DNA of 63,784 nucleotides, filler included, from Lenisia limosa (taxonomy: Eukaryota; Protista; Breviatea), in the NCBI GenBank assembly GCA_001655205.1. It is 9 parts of 9 records of this genome, joined end to end, with 100 filler letters (N's around TTAATTAATTAA, not from the genome) between each part and the next. Parts side by side here need not be neighbours in the genome. Positions count along the whole stretch, not along the records: positions 60,237 to 62,376 come from LPNZ01001575.1; positions 62,477 to 63,784 come from LPNZ01002123.1; 7 more parts are not named here. One strand, written 5' to 3'. Both the position numbers and the translations under genes were made by a program. This document shows, one piece after another, positions 60,240-63,784 of this stretch. Below the pieces are notes generated by a model, which saw only the letters and a list, made by a program, of their open reading frames with translations, did not search any database and had not been told where the DNA came from. Position 1 is the first letter of the stretch. Every line of letters starts with the position of its first letter.

Positions 60240-62376
60240 GGGCATTTACACCCGCGCCGGCCTTACATCCGGCCGCGGCTCTACCCGCTGCTCGGATCAG
60301 TTTGTAATCAAGAGTAATCCAGGTGGTTGACCTTGTTCTTTTTCTTTTTTGTTTGGTTTTTAAGGCTATTGTTGTTTTTGTTTTTGAGTTTTCAGGGTTG
60401 TTTCTATTGTATTAATATACTTTTTTATCTTTCGTAAATTTATTAACTCAGTCAAAATAAATCATATTATCATGTAATTATGCATAGTATATCATATGGT
60501 AAAACTCCCGTGGCTTGAGTTTTCCATATAAAATCACCAAACCCCATTATCCTTTTGTTTTCAAGTAATGTCAATCCAGAAAACACCTGTCGGGTCGAAA
60601 CCATTAAGTCCCAATCTGATCCGTATCAAAAACACATAACACGGATTAATTCGTGCAAAAACGAATATAAAGAGGGGGATTTTAGGAGGTCCTTCAGGTT
60701 TTATAAAAACACACATCAATGGAAGTGATTTCATCTCGACTTTACAAAAGTTGGGTTCCTGCAGAACCTTTTACCTTCATACTTGCCCGATTAAATCGAT
60801 ATTGTATTTGAGGTTTAAGATGATTCAATACGGAGCATTGGCTTGTCTCTGAGCGAATACTCAAAACGGTAATCCCACGATACGCAGTCTTTTCTTCAAA
60901 TGGGGGGGGGTCGTTTTATTTGAACGATATAAGCTCTATCCTGCCTCTTCCCAGTACCTTTAAGCCAATATTCTTCATCGAAGTTTCCCTCGTTTTACCC
61001 CCCCCCCCCNNNNNNNNNNNNNNNNNNNNNNNNNNNNNNNNNNNNNNNNNNNNNNNNNNNNNNNNNNNNNNNNNNNNNNNNNNNCTGAATCTCTGTTAGT
61101 CTTTTCACAACACATTTCGGTTAATTGATGACCTCCTCATTGTAGACCCTCACGATTGGATAACACTGCTTACTATCCCTCCTGCTGGGGATGGTGGGCG
61201 TGCGATCTATCCAGACTCGCTCCGCTTGGAAAACACAACTGTCGCCCCTGGAGTATGAAATTACTTAGGTCTTCATATCTCTATTCAAAGGAGAAAGTTG
61301 TTTCACTCGATATTTGACAAACGCAGGGACTTCGCCTCCCATCCCGTGATCCAATTTTTCTCCCAATGTGGTTCAGCGTGTGTCTGGTAATTGAATTATA
61401 AAGCCCTTGGTTGAATCCCTTCCCTTCCCCTCCAAAATAACAACAACAACACACACACACACAAAAAAAAAAAGAAAAAAAAAACCTCAGCAGATTGAAG
61501 AATAATTAATATACATCCAAACCATAGATCCTAGTTGTCCGAGGGGGGTGCCTACATTCATGAGACCTGAAGAAACGAGGAGTTTCACTTTTATTGCCAA
61601 AAACAGTATCGCAATTTATCGGGGATTTATCGAGAATTCAGTCTCCTTTTGGAACCGAAAGTGAAGATGCAATCGCAACATTATAAGCCTTTTTAATTCT
61701 CATTGTTCGTTCCAATCACCCCCACGCAAATGATAGAATACAGCTTATCAGAATACTTCCTCCATCCCAAAAAAAAACAAAAAAACAATAATAAATCCCC
61801 CAGAAAAAAATTAAAATGATAATTAAAAAAAAAACTTGCCAACTCTCACCTCGGGGGAAGTGAACTGCAGAGGAGGAACGTCGGCTAACGGGGCTGGGAC
61901 AGGGGCGACACTAGGCTCGTGAAAAAACAATACAAAATATGAAAAAATGNNNNNNNNNNNNNNNNNNNNNNNNNNNNNNNNNNNNNNNNNNNNNNNNNNN
62001 NNNNNNNNNNNNNNNNNNNNNNNNNNNNNNNNNNNNNNNNNNNNNNNNNNNNNNNNNNNNNNNNNNNNNNNNNNNNNNNNNNNNNNNNNNNNNNNNNNNN
62101 NNNNNNTTGGCGTGGTAAGAGGCGTCGACGCAAATGGCGGCATTTTTGGCGTCTCCCACGCAACAGGGGTGATCACGGGATCGGAAGCGGTGAATTTAAT
62201 CGGGGTGATCAGGGCGCCAGTTAGGGGCGGCGCTGATGTTACCGGGGTAATCAGAGAGATTGCAGGGATATCCTTGACGGAAGAAATGGCTGGGATTGGA
62301 TCGAGATTTCCTCCTGTCTGAGCGGGCGTGATTTGTGGCGTGATTCGCGTGGGGGCAGCGGAAGTGGGGGTTATGG
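60240..62376 (-). CDS. Fragment of a Pro/Thr-rich (mucin-like) multi-exon gene, possibly with an FN3-like exon
   Basis: ITP-rich exon 62107-62376 (VITPVAWETPKMPPFASTPLTTP), exon PSVAPVPAPLADVPPLQFTSPE (~61850-61915) and exon ~60780-60895 containing LKPQIQYRF (weak FN3 resemblance). Confidence 0.4.
61085..61390 (+). mobile_element. Penelope-like (PLE) retroelement reverse-transcriptase fragment, inactivated
   Basis: TFRLIDDLLIV...IYPDSLRLENTT...*NYLGLHISI...IFDKRRDF. The IDD catalytic motif followed by YP-x-L-x-L, YLxLxI and DKRxxF matches remembered PLE RT palm/thumb motifs. In-frame TGA at 61256-61258. Confidence 0.72.
61580..61670. mobile_element. Degenerate hAT-type MITE copy
   Basis: Retains GATTTATCGAGAATT core and GGAACCGAAAGTGAAG right end. 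Confidence 0.55.
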
Positions 62377-62492
62377 NNNNNNNNNNNNNNNNNNNNNNNN
62401 NNNNNNNNNNNNNNNNNNNNTTAATTAATTAANNNNNNNNNNNNNNNNNNNNNNNNNNNNNNNNNNNNNNNNNNNNCCCCCCCCCCCCTTAC

Positions 62493-63673
62493 CATCCATT
62501 AGTGGCCATGCAGGCGGTGGTGGAGTCAGCCTTAGCGCACTTCTCAGCAGAAGAACAAGAGTAGCCACCCATTGTGTTTTGACAGTTGGCACAGGCACCT
62601 GGCGAGGTGAATCGATTGATGTGTGATTTCAAGATAATTCCCAGTTAAATTCCTCAAACACAGTTACTTACCAGGTAAGACGCATTCGTTAATATCCTCA
62701 TCGCAGAGGTTTCCTAGAAATATGACGATAAGTTAAAGAAAAAAGGGGTTTACAGCCACAATTTTATGTAAGTAATTGTCCAAGTAGTTCCAACCTTTCC
62801 AACCCTTCTTGCAGTTACATTCTCCGGGCTTATTGCAGGTTCCGTATTTGCCTAAAACGGTTAGTTTCAGGCAACAACGATATATAGTCAGTAAATGTAT
62901 GTAGAGGCTCCAACAATCATATCATATCTTTTTCGTTTTCTTCCACATCCTCACACTCACAATTACTCTCCCTCCATCTCTCCTTCGCTTAATCAGCTCC
63001 CACTTTGTTGACCGATATGTGTACTCCCCTCCCACATCCAGGCTTGCAGATGGGTGTGCACTGAACGTCATCGTTTCCACCGTCAAGAGGGTTACCGAAG
63101 TAACCCTTACGACACAGGTCACAGAGGAAACCTGTTGTGTTGTCCTGGAGGGGTTAAACAGGATGCTAATCCGGGAGGAAAGAGAAAAAAAAAAAAAAAA
63201 AAAANNNNNNNNNNNNNNNNNNNNNNNNNNNNNNNNNNNNNNNNNNNNNNNNNNNNNNNNNNNNNNNNNNNNNNNNNNNNNNNNNNNNNNNNNNNNNNNN
63301 NNNNNNNNNNNNNNNNNNNNNNNNNNNNNNNNNNNNNNGCCATTGCAGGCAGATAAGCAAGGCTCACATTTGCCAGCCTCGCCGAAGAAGCCCTCATCAC
63401 AACGGCCACAGGTCCGGCCTTGAGGAGGTCAATACATCACAAACTGCGGTGGTGTTTGATACTTTATCGAGATAAACAGTGACCGGGGTAATAACAAGAA
63501 GAATAAAATGCTGTAAAATGTTTTTTGAATTTCGCAGAAAAGTCAAATTGTTAATAATAGTAGTTTAGTATATCGAAAACACCCACCTCGCGTGTTGTCT
63601 TGACAGGCAGTACAGATGGGTCTGTCATTTTTGTAGTAACAAGTATTAGATCGGCCATTACACTCGCACTGAA
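62493..63673 (-). CDS. Laminin-EGF / calcium-binding EGF repeat protein (attractin/MEGF8-like architecture), fragment
   Basis: CECNGRSNTC...CTACQDNTRG|RTCGRCDEGFFG..CEPC; DNTTGFLCDLCRKGYFGNP; DEDINEC..; CANCQNTMGGYSC. Confidence 0.85.
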
Positions 63674-63784
63674 CTGAGGGGATAAGTAATACTGACTCTA
63701 AACGACAAATGAAACAAAGAGAGTGAAACGCACGCGAGAAAGAAATTGTGAAGAAAAAAAAGGAAAGAAAAGGAAATGAAAAAA

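Noticed and set aside
1-63784. Genome-wide alternative genetic code (UGA=Trp)
   Set aside because: Conserved genes use TGG for Trp with no internal TGA; in-frame TGAs are confined to loci that also have frameshifts.
1-63784. rRNA/tRNA genes
   Set aside because: No recognisable conserved rRNA blocks or cloverleaf/T-loop patterns seen by eye; tRNAscan-SE or Infernal would be needed to exclude small ncRNAs.

Overview
Eukaryotic, intron-rich genomic DNA, probably from a protist (lineage not determinable here). The window is nine contig fragments joined by artificial 100-nt N44-TTAATTAATTAA-N44 spacers, with low-complexity tracts masked as N. I reconstructed exons by hand from GT-AG boundaries and protein motifs. 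Recognisable genes: TRAPPC3/BET3, an HDHD5/CECR5-like HAD-IIA hydrolase, COMMD9, two ankyrin-repeat genes, UTP14, a CDF/ZnT zinc transporter, a Trf4/Cid1-family nucleotidyltransferase, RRP6/EXOSC10, a protein with a degenerate ABC-ATPase-like domain, RPL23 (uL14), a frameshifted Ulp1/SENP (C48) protease and a laminin-EGF/cbEGF protein, plus several unidentified multi-exon genes. Mobile DNA: about ten ~100-bp hAT-type MITEs with 8-bp TSDs, a Tc1/mariner-type MITE, a Penelope-like RT fragment and a foldback insertion. The most unusual signals are (1) two dispersed repeat families whose 3' ends coincide with splice acceptors in unrelated genes, (2) a compact AT-rich RPL23/Ulp1 block with 22-23-nt introns, one needing a GT-CG boundary, and (3) an ABC-like domain lacking all catalytic motifs. 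No rRNA, tRNA or CRISPR array was recognised. Gene coordinates are spans including introns, and several genes are truncated at contig edges. Family assignments are from remembered motifs, not database searches.
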